Part shown: positions 40,699 through 50,400 of the stretch, one piece after another | How positions within the stretch are numbered: position 1 is the stretch's first letter | Layout of the letters: each line of letters opens with the position of its first letter | From: Calditrichia bacterium | GTDB taxonomy: Bacteria; Calditrichota; Calditrichia; JAJRVZ01 | Assembly (NCBI GenBank): GCA_963796965.1 | Contig: CAWCNS010000009.1 | Location: forward strand, 585,470-649,469 | Reading direction: 5' to 3' | Length of the DNA: 64,000 bases | The notes under the pieces: generated by a model | The model's input: only the letters and a program-made list of their open reading frames with translations | Told to the model about the DNA's origin: nothing | The model's database searches: none | Position numbers and translations under genes: made by a program

Positions 40699-42828
40699 AT
40701 GGCCTATCGCGCTGCTTATGATGGCCGTTTTGAAGTTTTTGATGTTTCAGATCCCAACAATATTACTGAATTTGACAATCCAAGAATGACATTCCCTTAC
40801 TATACCGTAAAATTTATGGCACTTAAGGGAGATTATTTATACTGTGCGGGGGAAAGTGATTTCCGTATTTTCAGAACCCTTAACATCACTGAGCGATATC
40901 ATCACGCTTCAGCAGATTATACAAAAAATATTACCACTTCCGGCAATTTTGCCTTTGTAGCCAATGAACAAAACGGGCTTTACATTCTGGATATAAGCAA
41001 TCCCGCCAATCCTGACCAGCATGGGTATCTTGATACCCCGGGTAGTGCAAGTAATGTGGACGTTTATGGGAACTTAGCTGGTGTTGCTGATAATAATGAA
41101 GGTTTGCGCATCATCGATATTTCTGATCCTGCCTCTCCCTATGAAATAAGTACAGCTGATACCATTGCCTATAATATTGAACTCGTTGATAACCGTGCTT
41201 ATATAGCTGGGGAAGAAGGCATGCATATCGTAGATCTCTCAAATCCTGCTTCTCCCCAGGAAATAGGATTCTTTAATGCCTATGGACGGGTTTCTGATAT
41301 TGTCGTTATGGATGATGTTGCCTACCTATGTGGAGGATCCAGTAATAATTACTTTGTTATTGTTGATATTTCTGATCCCGGAAATCCGGTTGAAGTAAAT
41401 CGTCATCTCAATAGCGGGCGAAATTTAAGTGTAAATGGTGGTTATGCTTACCTTGCCGAAGGCTGGTATGGATTTACGATTTTGGATATAAACGATCCCT
41501 ATAATATCGTTGAAGTGGGGGATTTCCCGAATAAAGTCCAGGATGTTATTGTTATTGGAGATTATGCTTGCATTACCGAAGGCTCAGATGGCTTACGGAT
41601 ATGGAACATTTCTGCCCCGCAAGCACCCGTTGAAGAAGGATATACCAATATAGGGCAAAATCTATCAGGTATAAGCCTGAATGCAGGCCATATCTACGTC
41701 GCTGATGGCGAGAATGGCTTGTATGTATTTAAAGAAGAAATACCACCCGAAAAACCGATAGATCTGCAAGCGGGAGGATCTTCACCCAGCCCCTGGCAAG
41801 CTTCACCGATTTTTGAAGTCGATTGGACCAACCCGGGGGACTTATCAGGCATCCGCAATGCTAAATTTAAATTGGGATCTCCCCCGGGAAGTAATGATGA
41901 CTTTGAGGAGATGGTGGGAGGTGAGCCCCCTTATAATATTGAAGTTTCTGAAGAAGGGATCCATCCTTTATATTTATGGGTGGTTGACAGTGCGGGCAAT
42001 GAAAATTTTGCTAACTATAATACCGTGAATTTAAGATATGACGGCTCCTGTGCCTCGCCAACTAATTTTAGGGACATTAATGAACTCGAAACGGATGTCT
42101 GGCAAAACAGTAAAAATAATGCGATCATTTCCTGGGATGCACCTTCCGATCCGGCGGGAATTGAAAAATACTATCTTTATCTTGGATCGGATCCATCCGG
42201 TACCTCCCCTTCAGATTCAACCACGGCAACCAATTCTGACGTGTCTTTTTCCGAAGGTGTCACTTATTTCCGCATTCAGGCCAAAGATAATTTAGGTAAC
42301 CCTAGCGACTGGATGACCGGTTTTATTTTCAAATATGACAAGACAATCCCCAAGGGTGCACAGGCCTCTGTTGCCGATTCATCGGCCGGCAGTTTTGTCG
42401 TCTCCTGGTCTACCGGCAGCGATGAAGGAGGGTCCGGTTTAAGCGGTATCTATGATGTCCGGTATAAAGAGGGTGAAGGTGAATGGTCGGACTGGCTGAC
42501 CGATTATAACGGCGACAATGCCGTTTTTACAGATGGAGCAGGCGGACAAACCTATTATTTTGAAGCGGCTGCCCGGGATAGTGCGGGAAATGCTGAGCAA
42601 TTCACCGAACAGGCCGAATGTTCCACTTTTGTCAGTTCACATCTGGGTACTGCTATAACCAATTTATCCGGCGAACAATCCGGTTCTATAGAAATTCATT
42701 ATACAATCTCAAATTCAGACAGTACCTCAACTGATATCAAATGTGAATATTCATTGTCGACAAGAGAATGTCTGGGATTTAGTCACTATCACTGGAAAAA
42801 CAACCAATATATTGCCGGCAAGTTATAG
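40699..42828 (+). CDS. giant LVIVD-repeat surface protein A, fragment 3/4 (LVIVD blades + Fn3/Ig-like repeats); frameshift ~42758-42770
   Basis: More LVIVD blades, then ~95-aa Fn3-like repeats (...DSAGNENFANYNTVNLRYD...; TGFIFKYDKTIPKGAQASVADSS...). The ORF finder's M is internal. Confidence 0.75.
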   Translation: MAYRAAYDGRFEVFDVSDPNNITEFDNPRMTFPYYTVKFMALKGDYLYCAGESDFRIFRTLNITERYHHASADYTKNITTSGNFAFVANEQNGLYILDISNPANPDQHGYLDTPGSASNVDVYGNLAGVADNNEGLRIIDISDPASPYEISTADTIAYNIELVDNRAYIAGEEGMHIVDLSNPASPQEIGFFNAYGRVSDIVVMDDVAYLCGGSSNNYFVIVDISDPGNPVEVNRHLNSGRNLSVNGGYAYLAEGWYGFTILDINDPYNIVEVGDFPNKVQDVIVIGDYACITEGSDGLRIWNISAPQAPVEEGYTNIGQNLSGISLNAGHIYVADGENGLYVFKEEIPPEKPIDLQAGGSSPSPWQASPIFEVDWTNPGDLSGIRNAKFKLGSPPGSNDDFEEMVGGEPPYNIEVSEEGIHPLYLWVVDSAGNENFANYNTVNLRYDGSCASPTNFRDINELETDVWQNSKNNAIISWDAPSDPAGIEKYYLYLGSDPSGTSPSDSTTATNSDVSFSEGVTYFRIQAKDNLGNPSDWMTGFIFKYDKTIPKGAQASVADSSAGSFVVSWSTGSDEGGSGLSGIYDVRYKEGEGEWSDWLTDYNGDNAVFTDGAGGQTYYFEAAARDSAGNAEQFTEQAECSTFVSSHLGTAITNLSGEQSGSIEIHYTISNSDSTSTDIKCEYSLSTRECLGFSHYHWKNNQYIAGKL

Positions 42829-44977
42829 TGGTAGTGTCTTTTGGGATTCAGATACCGATGCACCCGGAATTGACCGTAGTTTTGCTCAATTTAGAATCAC
42901 ACCTATTGATATAAAAGGAAAAGGTATCGCTGCTATAACGTCTCCCTTCCATCTGGATAACAACCAATCCCCCACTATTGTAATTGATCCTCTTGCGGAA
43001 GAACAAAGTGAAGATATTTTGATTTCCTTTCATCTTTCTGATTCTGAAAATGACACCCTGTCTATCAGAGGTGAATATTTTCATCAAGGAAGTCAGATCT
43101 GGCTGGATGCCACCTTGATTGGCGCAACTGAGCATCTTATCGATACGGATAATCAGGTCACATGGCAATCAGGCATCGATCTAAACACGGCCCTTGGTAA
43201 TTACCAAATCAGGATCCGCCCCTATGATAATGATCACGGAACAAGTGATACTTTAAGTATATTTATTGATAATGTCGGTGCTCCGGATATTTTATCCATG
43301 ACGGAACTTACGGAAGAACAGAGCGGAGATATCACGATTAATTATATTCTTGCTGATAATGAAAGGCAAACCATTAATCTGATCTGTGAATATTCTCAAG
43401 ATTCTGGCAAAACGTGGTCCTTAGCTTCTGCATCTGGGAGTGTCACCGGTATTTCATTCAGTGAATATGCCGGTTCGCTAATCTGGCATTCATCTACCGA
43501 TCTTCCCGGTGTTGACAAAACCACTGTACAATTCCGAATCACGGCTACAGACGGTAATGCCGGACGGCCAAGAGAAACGTCTGAATTTCATCTGGATAAT
43601 AATCTTCCACCAACACTTCAGATTGGTCCACTTAGGTCAGTACTATCCGGAAATATTGAGATTCCCATAACGATTGATGACACAGAAAATGATACCATAT
43701 CCGTAATAGGACAGTATAGAAAAGAAAACGAAAACTGGCAGTGGATGACATCAAGTTCCCTATCGCAGATCATACCCTCTCAGTATACCAATGCGTTTTT
43801 TTGGGATAGTAACAGTGATCTGGGAATTGGGAAATATTCACAGGTACAACTGCAGACTTTTGCTAAGGATGCTGATAGGGGGGTATCAACAGTAACAGAC
43901 ACCTTCAAAATCAAGAATTTTGCTGGTGATTTCAGTGGTGATATCTCGGTTGACTCCGAAGATCTGCAACCTTTTGCTCTAGCCTGGCGAAAGCAGGATC
44001 TTAGTAAAGAGATAGGTCCGGCCAGCGGTGAGCCACCAGATCTTATTCCGGATCCGGATGGTATCATCGATTTTGAAGACTTGATAGTGTTAGTACAACA
44101 ATGGAACTGCAGTTTTGACGGAAATCTAAGTAAACTGACAGTTGAAAGAGATTTTCAGACGACGGCAACTGAAATCACCCTAAAAACTGATGATCAGCAG
44201 AAACATATTTTATTAAACCTTGACAAAAATTTTCAAACACCTAAGCATATGACTCTTCCATCAGTCCAGACAGGCCTGATAAAAATGGCACAATCCGAAT
44301 ATGACAAATGGTCTAATAAATTTGCCGATGAATTAAATTTAGATCTGGATACCACCGCTTCTATTCTGGGCTTTCAGATTGTTCTCGACTATGATCCAAA
44401 GATTTTTACACTATCAGGTATAAATTCCAAAATATTTGATGAGCAAGATGGTATTCTTTTTAAGACTGATGATAGTGAGAATAACCACATTCTGATAGAT
44501 GCTTTTGTATTGGAATCTGAAAAAAATTTGACTGAGATCGATGGTGAATTTTTAACGATCAACATTAAAGCGCTTCAAGAAAAAAGAATAACATCAAATT
44601 TTTCCTGGATAATTTATCAGGAAGACGGAACTATTCTCAGCCAGGGCCAATCCGAAATAGATCTTGAGACTCATCGATCTGTTCCCCAAACTTTCTCGCT
44701 ATATCAGAATTTTCCTAATCCCTTTAATCCCTCAACGACCATTCGCTATCAACTACCTGATGGAGGCAAAGTCCAGCTTACGATCTTTAATATTCTCGGG
44801 GAGAAAGTACAGACACTTGTTAACGAGAATCAAAAAGCCGGCTATTATAACTACCTATGGGATGTATCGCAAAGTAAAAGCTCTATCGCCAGCGGAATCT
44901 ACTTTGTTCAATTATTGGTCAAAGGCAATGATGGAAACCGATATATAGATCATAAAAAACTTATGTTTTTGAAATAG
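42743..44977 (+). CDS. giant LVIVD-repeat surface protein A, fragment 4/4: Ig-like repeats, dockerin-like Ca-binding pair, cohesin-like domain, T9SS C-terminal sorting domain
   Basis: Dockerin-like GDFSGDISVDSEDLQPFALAW...DPDGIIDFEDLIVLVQQWN. Cohesin-like ILGFQIVLDYDPKIFTLSG.... T9SS CTD YQNFPNPFNPSTTIRYQLPDGGKVQLTIFNILGEKV...GIYFVQLLV. Confidence 0.75.
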   Translation: MNIHCRQENVWDLVTITGKTTNILPASYSGSVFWDSDTDAPGIDRSFAQFRITPIDIKGKGIAAITSPFHLDNNQSPTIVIDPLAEEQSEDILISFHLSDSENDTLSIRGEYFHQGSQIWLDATLIGATEHLIDTDNQVTWQSGIDLNTALGNYQIRIRPYDNDHGTSDTLSIFIDNVGAPDILSMTELTEEQSGDITINYILADNERQTINLICEYSQDSGKTWSLASASGSVTGISFSEYAGSLIWHSSTDLPGVDKTTVQFRITATDGNAGRPRETSEFHLDNNLPPTLQIGPLRSVLSGNIEIPITIDDTENDTISVIGQYRKENENWQWMTSSSLSQIIPSQYTNAFFWDSNSDLGIGKYSQVQLQTFAKDADRGVSTVTDTFKIKNFAGDFSGDISVDSEDLQPFALAWRKQDLSKEIGPASGEPPDLIPDPDGIIDFEDLIVLVQQWNCSFDGNLSKLTVERDFQTTATEITLKTDDQQKHILLNLDKNFQTPKHMTLPSVQTGLIKMAQSEYDKWSNKFADELNLDLDTTASILGFQIVLDYDPKIFTLSGINSKIFDEQDGILFKTDDSENNHILIDAFVLESEKNLTEIDGEFLTINIKALQEKRITSNFSWIIYQEDGTILSQGQSEIDLETHRSVPQTFSLYQNFPNPFNPSTTIRYQLPDGGKVQLTIFNILGEKVQTLVNENQKAGYYNYLWDVSQSKSSIASGIYFVQLLVKGNDGNRYIDHKKLMFLK

Positions 44978-45074
44978 AATTTATGACTTATTGTCGCTAT
45001 CATATAATGAAATTGCTGTTTCAATAAAAGATATATATCTAAAGAAAAATCTTATCAATCCCAAGGGAGTGTTT

Positions 45075-47411
45075 ATGAAAGTTTTTAAATACTCACTGGT
45101 ATTTTTCTTATCAATACTATCGAGTCTCTCAGGTCAAACATCTCAGAATGTAAATTTAATTGGTAGATGGGGGCATGGTTCCTGCCAGGCGGTATATGCG
45201 GATAGTATTCATGCCTTTATAGGTAATGGTGTTAGCTTTCAGATTCTTGATATGACTGATCCAGAATCACCCCAGGTATTGGGAGAAGTAGTTCTTCCAG
45301 AAGCAATCAAAAAGATTATCATCAGGGATAACTTTGCCTATGTGCTAACGGGACAATCTGGGGTACGCGTTGTTGATATTTCTAATTATTATACACCAAC
45401 TGAAATCACTTTTTATAAACTGCAAACCTATATTGAAGATCTGGCCATTGGTGGTAATTGTGCATATGTAACTGCCGGTGATTCCGGATTACGGATTATT
45501 GATATTTCTAATCCCCTATCTATAAATGAAATAAGTGATATTTATCCATCCGGAAGAGCCAGATTTGTTGATGTTGATGAAAACTTTGCTTATGTAAGCA
45601 TCGAATGGTCTCTCCGTGTTATCGATATATCTGATCCGTATAATCCAAGTGAAGTTGGGCATATTGATACCTGGGCATATAGAATGGATATTTCAGGAGA
45701 TTATGCTTATGTAACCAGCGGTTCATTTTCTGACCTGCACATAATTGACATATCTGATCCATCAAATCCAAATCAGATAAGTTCTGTAAATACGCCAAGC
45801 TGGGCAAATAACGTAACTGTACACGGACAATACGCCTATATTGCGAATGGTGATTCTGGGATACGTGTAATAAATATATCTGATCCTGAAAATCCCCAAA
45901 CCGTAGCATTTTATCATACACCCGATCACGCCCTGGATGTAGCAATATCCGGAAGATATGCCTATGTTGCTAATCGTGCTTCAGGTTTAAGAATAATTGA
46001 GGTAATAAATCCAACTCCTGTTGGAGCCGTAGGTCCCTTATATTATCCTCAGGATGTGACGGTGAGAGAGATTTATGCCTATGTGGCAGATCATTTGGAT
46101 GGATTGATAATCTTTGATATATCTAATCCGGCATCTCCAAATCAAATAGGCTCAACATTAACACGAGAACGCGCCCTGGGTATCACACTTGGTGAAAACC
46201 GTGCCTATCTTGCCTGTGGTGATTCAGGCCTGACGATCGTTGACATCACAAATCCGGCTAATCCAAATGTCCTTGGGGGAAAAAACACACCCGGAGATGC
46301 TGTTAACGTAGCAGTCGACGGAAATTGGGCATATGTGGCAGATCGGGGGGCCGGATTGCGTATTATAGATATTTCCAATCCTGCTAATCCGATCGAGGTT
46401 GGTTTTTTTCTTACAACAGTCGGTGTATACAGTATCGCTGTTAGAGAAAATATTGCCTACGCTGTCGACGAAATTACTGGCTTGCACATACTGGATATTT
46501 CAGATCGCTCAGATCCTGTGGAACTTGGCTCGTATAATAGTGCGGGGGACTCATATGATATCGTCGTTCACGGGGATATTGCCTATCTGGCAGATTATTA
46601 TGCTTTATGTGTTATTGATATCTCCGATCCTGCCCATCCTAACCAAATTGCCTATATACCTGTGGCTGACGAGTTAACTGATATTGCTATCGAGGGTGCT
46701 TATCTCTTTGGAGGTGGATCTGATTTGTTTGTATTTGATATCACAAATCCAGAAAGACCTCAACAAGTTGCTACTTATTCCCGTGGCTCAGCGGGCATTG
46801 CTGCTCAAGGGAATTACGCCTATATGGTGAGTGGTATCGGGGGATTCGAAATCATTGATCTAATCAATCCTGTTGAGGCTGGTATTCATCACGCAGCGCA
46901 CGAAGCCAATGGCATTGTAATAAATGAGAATTATGCCTATGTCTCGGAGGGATATTCAGGTATGCACATTCTGGATATAAGTGATCCATCCAATCCTGTT
47001 GAGATTAGTTATTTAGATACACCCGGAGGTGTTCAGGAAATAGTATTACAAGGAAATTATGCCTATGTAGCGGATAACACTTCTTTTCGTACTGTCAATA
47101 TCTCTGATCCTCTAAATCCGGTTGAATCAGGCTTTGTGTCGGTCTATGCAAATGCATTGGCTCTATCAGGAAATTACGCTTATACATCCAGCGGTCCTAT
47201 CGAGATTATTGATATTACCAATCCGGCTAGCCCTATAAATGTTGGTACCTATACTACGCCTTCCACTACCCAGGATATTGAAATACAGGATACATACGCC
47301 TATTTAGCCTGTGCTTCTGCGGGCTTACGTATTTTAAATCTTTCTAATCCAACTAATCCAGTCGAAACAGGTTATAATACGACAGCGAATAATGCCTACG
47401 GTGTACTGTAA
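45075..47411 (+). CDS. giant LVIVD-repeat T9SS surface protein B (paralogue), fragment 1/2; frameshift ~47403-47408
   Basis: ATG at 45075 with an AAGGGAG RBS. Signal peptide MKVFKYSLVFFLSILSSLSGQ. More than 20 LVIVD-type blades (YAYVANRASGLRIIEVINP..., YAYVADRGAGLRIIDISNPANP...). Confidence 0.8.
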   Translation: MKVFKYSLVFFLSILSSLSGQTSQNVNLIGRWGHGSCQAVYADSIHAFIGNGVSFQILDMTDPESPQVLGEVVLPEAIKKIIIRDNFAYVLTGQSGVRVVDISNYYTPTEITFYKLQTYIEDLAIGGNCAYVTAGDSGLRIIDISNPLSINEISDIYPSGRARFVDVDENFAYVSIEWSLRVIDISDPYNPSEVGHIDTWAYRMDISGDYAYVTSGSFSDLHIIDISDPSNPNQISSVNTPSWANNVTVHGQYAYIANGDSGIRVINISDPENPQTVAFYHTPDHALDVAISGRYAYVANRASGLRIIEVINPTPVGAVGPLYYPQDVTVREIYAYVADHLDGLIIFDISNPASPNQIGSTLTRERALGITLGENRAYLACGDSGLTIVDITNPANPNVLGGKNTPGDAVNVAVDGNWAYVADRGAGLRIIDISNPANPIEVGFFLTTVGVYSIAVRENIAYAVDEITGLHILDISDRSDPVELGSYNSAGDSYDIVVHGDIAYLADYYALCVIDISDPAHPNQIAYIPVADELTDIAIEGAYLFGGGSDLFVFDITNPERPQQVATYSRGSAGIAAQGNYAYMVSGIGGFEIIDLINPVEAGIHHAAHEANGIVINENYAYVSEGYSGMHILDISDPSNPVEISYLDTPGGVQEIVLQGNYAYVADNTSFRTVNISDPLNPVESGFVSVYANALALSGNYAYTSSGPIEIIDITNPASPINVGTYTTPSTTQDIEIQDTYAYLACASAGLRILNLSNPTNPVETGYNTTANNAYGVL

Positions 47412-50400
47412 GAGGAAACTATGCCTATATAGCAGATTTCGATGTACTTCGCATCTTTAACGTTTCCGACCCTTCCAATCCTATAGAAACAGGTGCGCTA
47501 GAAGTAAGTTGTAAACAAGTCGTTATCAGCGGTGACTATGCCTGTGTATCCCATGATTATAATTTTGATTTTCAAATTATCGACGTCTCTGATCCGGAAA
47601 ATCCACAAGTGGTCGGACAGTTTGACGAGGGATATGGGGCCCGAGGAATATCCATTGCTGGCTCTAATGTATATCTTACCCATGGACCGGAAGGTGTCTA
47701 TGTTCTTCGGGAAACTATTCCGCCATTTTCTGCCCTTAATTTAACTGCCGGAGGGAGTTCACCCAGCCCCTGGCAAAACAATCCCACTTTTTTGCTCAAT
47801 TGGCAAAATCCGGGTGATATGAGTGGTATCAATCAAGCGAAATATAAAATTGGTACTCAACCACCTTCCAGCAACAATGATTTTGCTGCATACTTGCCTG
47901 GTACTTCACCCCAGTCAATTACAGTTTCTCAGGAAGCCAATCAATCTCTCTATCTTTGGCTGGTCGATAATGCAGACAATGAAAATTATCAAAATATAAA
48001 TACTGTTGGTATTCGGTATGATGCATCTATTTCCCCCCCCACAAATTTTTTTGAGAGTCATGGCGTTGTATCCGATACCTGGCAGAACAGTACCCGTAAT
48101 CCGACATTTTCATGGACAGCCCCAACAGATTTATCCGGCATTGATAAATATTATCTATATTTCGGATCCAATCCGGGCGGTAGTGTACCAACCGACTCTA
48201 CCAGCAATATATCTTTCAGTTTTTCAGGCTCGGAAGGAACCTCCTATTTTCGGATTCAAATGAAAGATAATGCAGGGAATATCAGCGCCTGGACTACGGC
48301 GTTTATCTTTAAATATGATAATACGGTTCCTGTTAATCCTTTACAAGCAACAGAAGTTGGCGGAGCAAGTTCTGATGTCTGGCAAGCGGATGTTGCCGAT
48401 CCCAATTTTACATGGAGTGGCACTTCAGACATTCTCTCCGGAATCGCAAAATACTGGATCTATATGGGGCCAGATTTGGATGGAGAACCGTTTATTGAAA
48501 GTACAACCCCTACATTCAATCCGGGTCCGTTTACAAATGGTACATATTATTTGCGTGTGATGGTGGAGGACGCGGCTGGTAATCTCTCACCCCCTAAAAC
48601 TCTATTTATCTTTAAACATGATGCCATACCCCCAGAGAATCCAACAGATTTTAGTGATATTGTCGGCTCTGAAAATAATATTTGGCAAAATACGGTCAAT
48701 GATCCGAATTTCTCTTGGAATCCCGGGAATGATCCACTCTCAGGAATTCAAGCTTATCAATACTATTGGGGGAAAGATCCCAATGGGATATCTGATAATA
48801 TGGTGATGTCTCCCAGTTATAATCCCGCACCGGCCGATACGGGTAGTTGGTATCTTCGGATTAGTACAATCGACAGAGTATCCAATGCTTCGGCCTGGAT
48901 CACTGCTTATATCTTCAAATATGATAATATCGCCCCCCATGTTATTGCTGCCTCTAATGATACCAGTGGATATCTTAGCTTTACTGTCAGCTGGGTAAAT
49001 GGAACTGACCAGGGTGGATCAGGAATAGAGTACTATCATATACGCCTCAAAGAAAATGAAGGAGAATGGGTAGACTGGCAAGTTAATACATCCAATATAA
49101 GTGCCCTTTATACCGGAGAGCACGGTCAAACCTATCATTTTGAAGCGACAGCCATTGATAAAGCCGGTAATGTTGAAAGTTTTTCAAACCTGACTGAAAC
49201 ATCAACCTATATAGATACGCTGACAACAGATATGATTGCTCCGGGTAAACCCATTAATCTGCTCTCAAAAGGTAGCGATCCCAGTCTTTGGCAGAATTTT
49301 CCCCAATTTGAATTGAATTGGACGAATCCGTTTGATGAAAATGGTATTGCCCACGGCTATTATAAACTGGATAGTCCTTCTAGCTCAACCAATGACTATG
49401 ATGGTTCTGTTGGTGGCACTCCACCTCAAACAGTTGTTATTAATAAAGAGGGCGGTCAAAATGTATATCTATGGTTGGAAGATGGACGAGGGAATGTAGA
49501 TTATCATAACTACGATTTTATTGAATGTCGCTATGACTCAACGCTACCACGCGGCGCTCAGGCCAGTTCAGCCGATACAAGTGTCACCGCCTCCTTTCTG
49601 GTTAGTTGGTCAGGAGCCACTGATGAGGGCGGGTCGGGGATCTCTGGTCGTTATGATATAAAAGTGCGTGATAATCAGAGTGCCTGGTCCTATTGGCTGC
49701 AAGACAGTCTTTGTACGAATGCCTATTATCTGGGTGAACAAGGTCATACCTATTATTTCGAAGCAGCTGCACGGGATGATGCCAAAAATATTGAAGTTTT
49801 TACCCGTCAACCCGAATGTTCTACCTATATCGGAACCCGCTTGGCCATTTCCCTTTCATCCCTGTCAGGAGAACAATCCGACGATGTCTCATTCAATTAC
49901 ACCATTTATAATTTTGAAAACAATCTTACCAGCTTAGCATGTGAATACTATTCCCTTTCTGATAATGCCTGGCAATCAGCGACCATGACAGGGAATGTTA
50001 CAGATATTCAGCCTCAGGATTATAGCGGTACCCTGGTTTGGGATTCATATACAGATCTGCCCGGTCTTGATTGTGAGAACATGCGTTTTAAAGTAACACC
50101 ATTGGATTCAAAAGGGAATGGACTTGCCGACTCCACCTACTTTTTTCATCTGGATAATAACCGTATCCCCTCTGTGCACTTAGATCCCCTCATAGGCGAG
50201 AGAAAAAATGATATTACTGTTTCCTATTACTTAAAGGACATGGAAAATGATACGATATCGCTCGTATGTGAATATTACAACCCGCTCAGCCAGTACTGGT
50301 TTCAAGCCACTACTACAGGGAATCTATCTGATATATTAAACTATGATGGTACTATCACATGGAAATCATACACAGACCTACCTGGTACAGCAGATTCAAT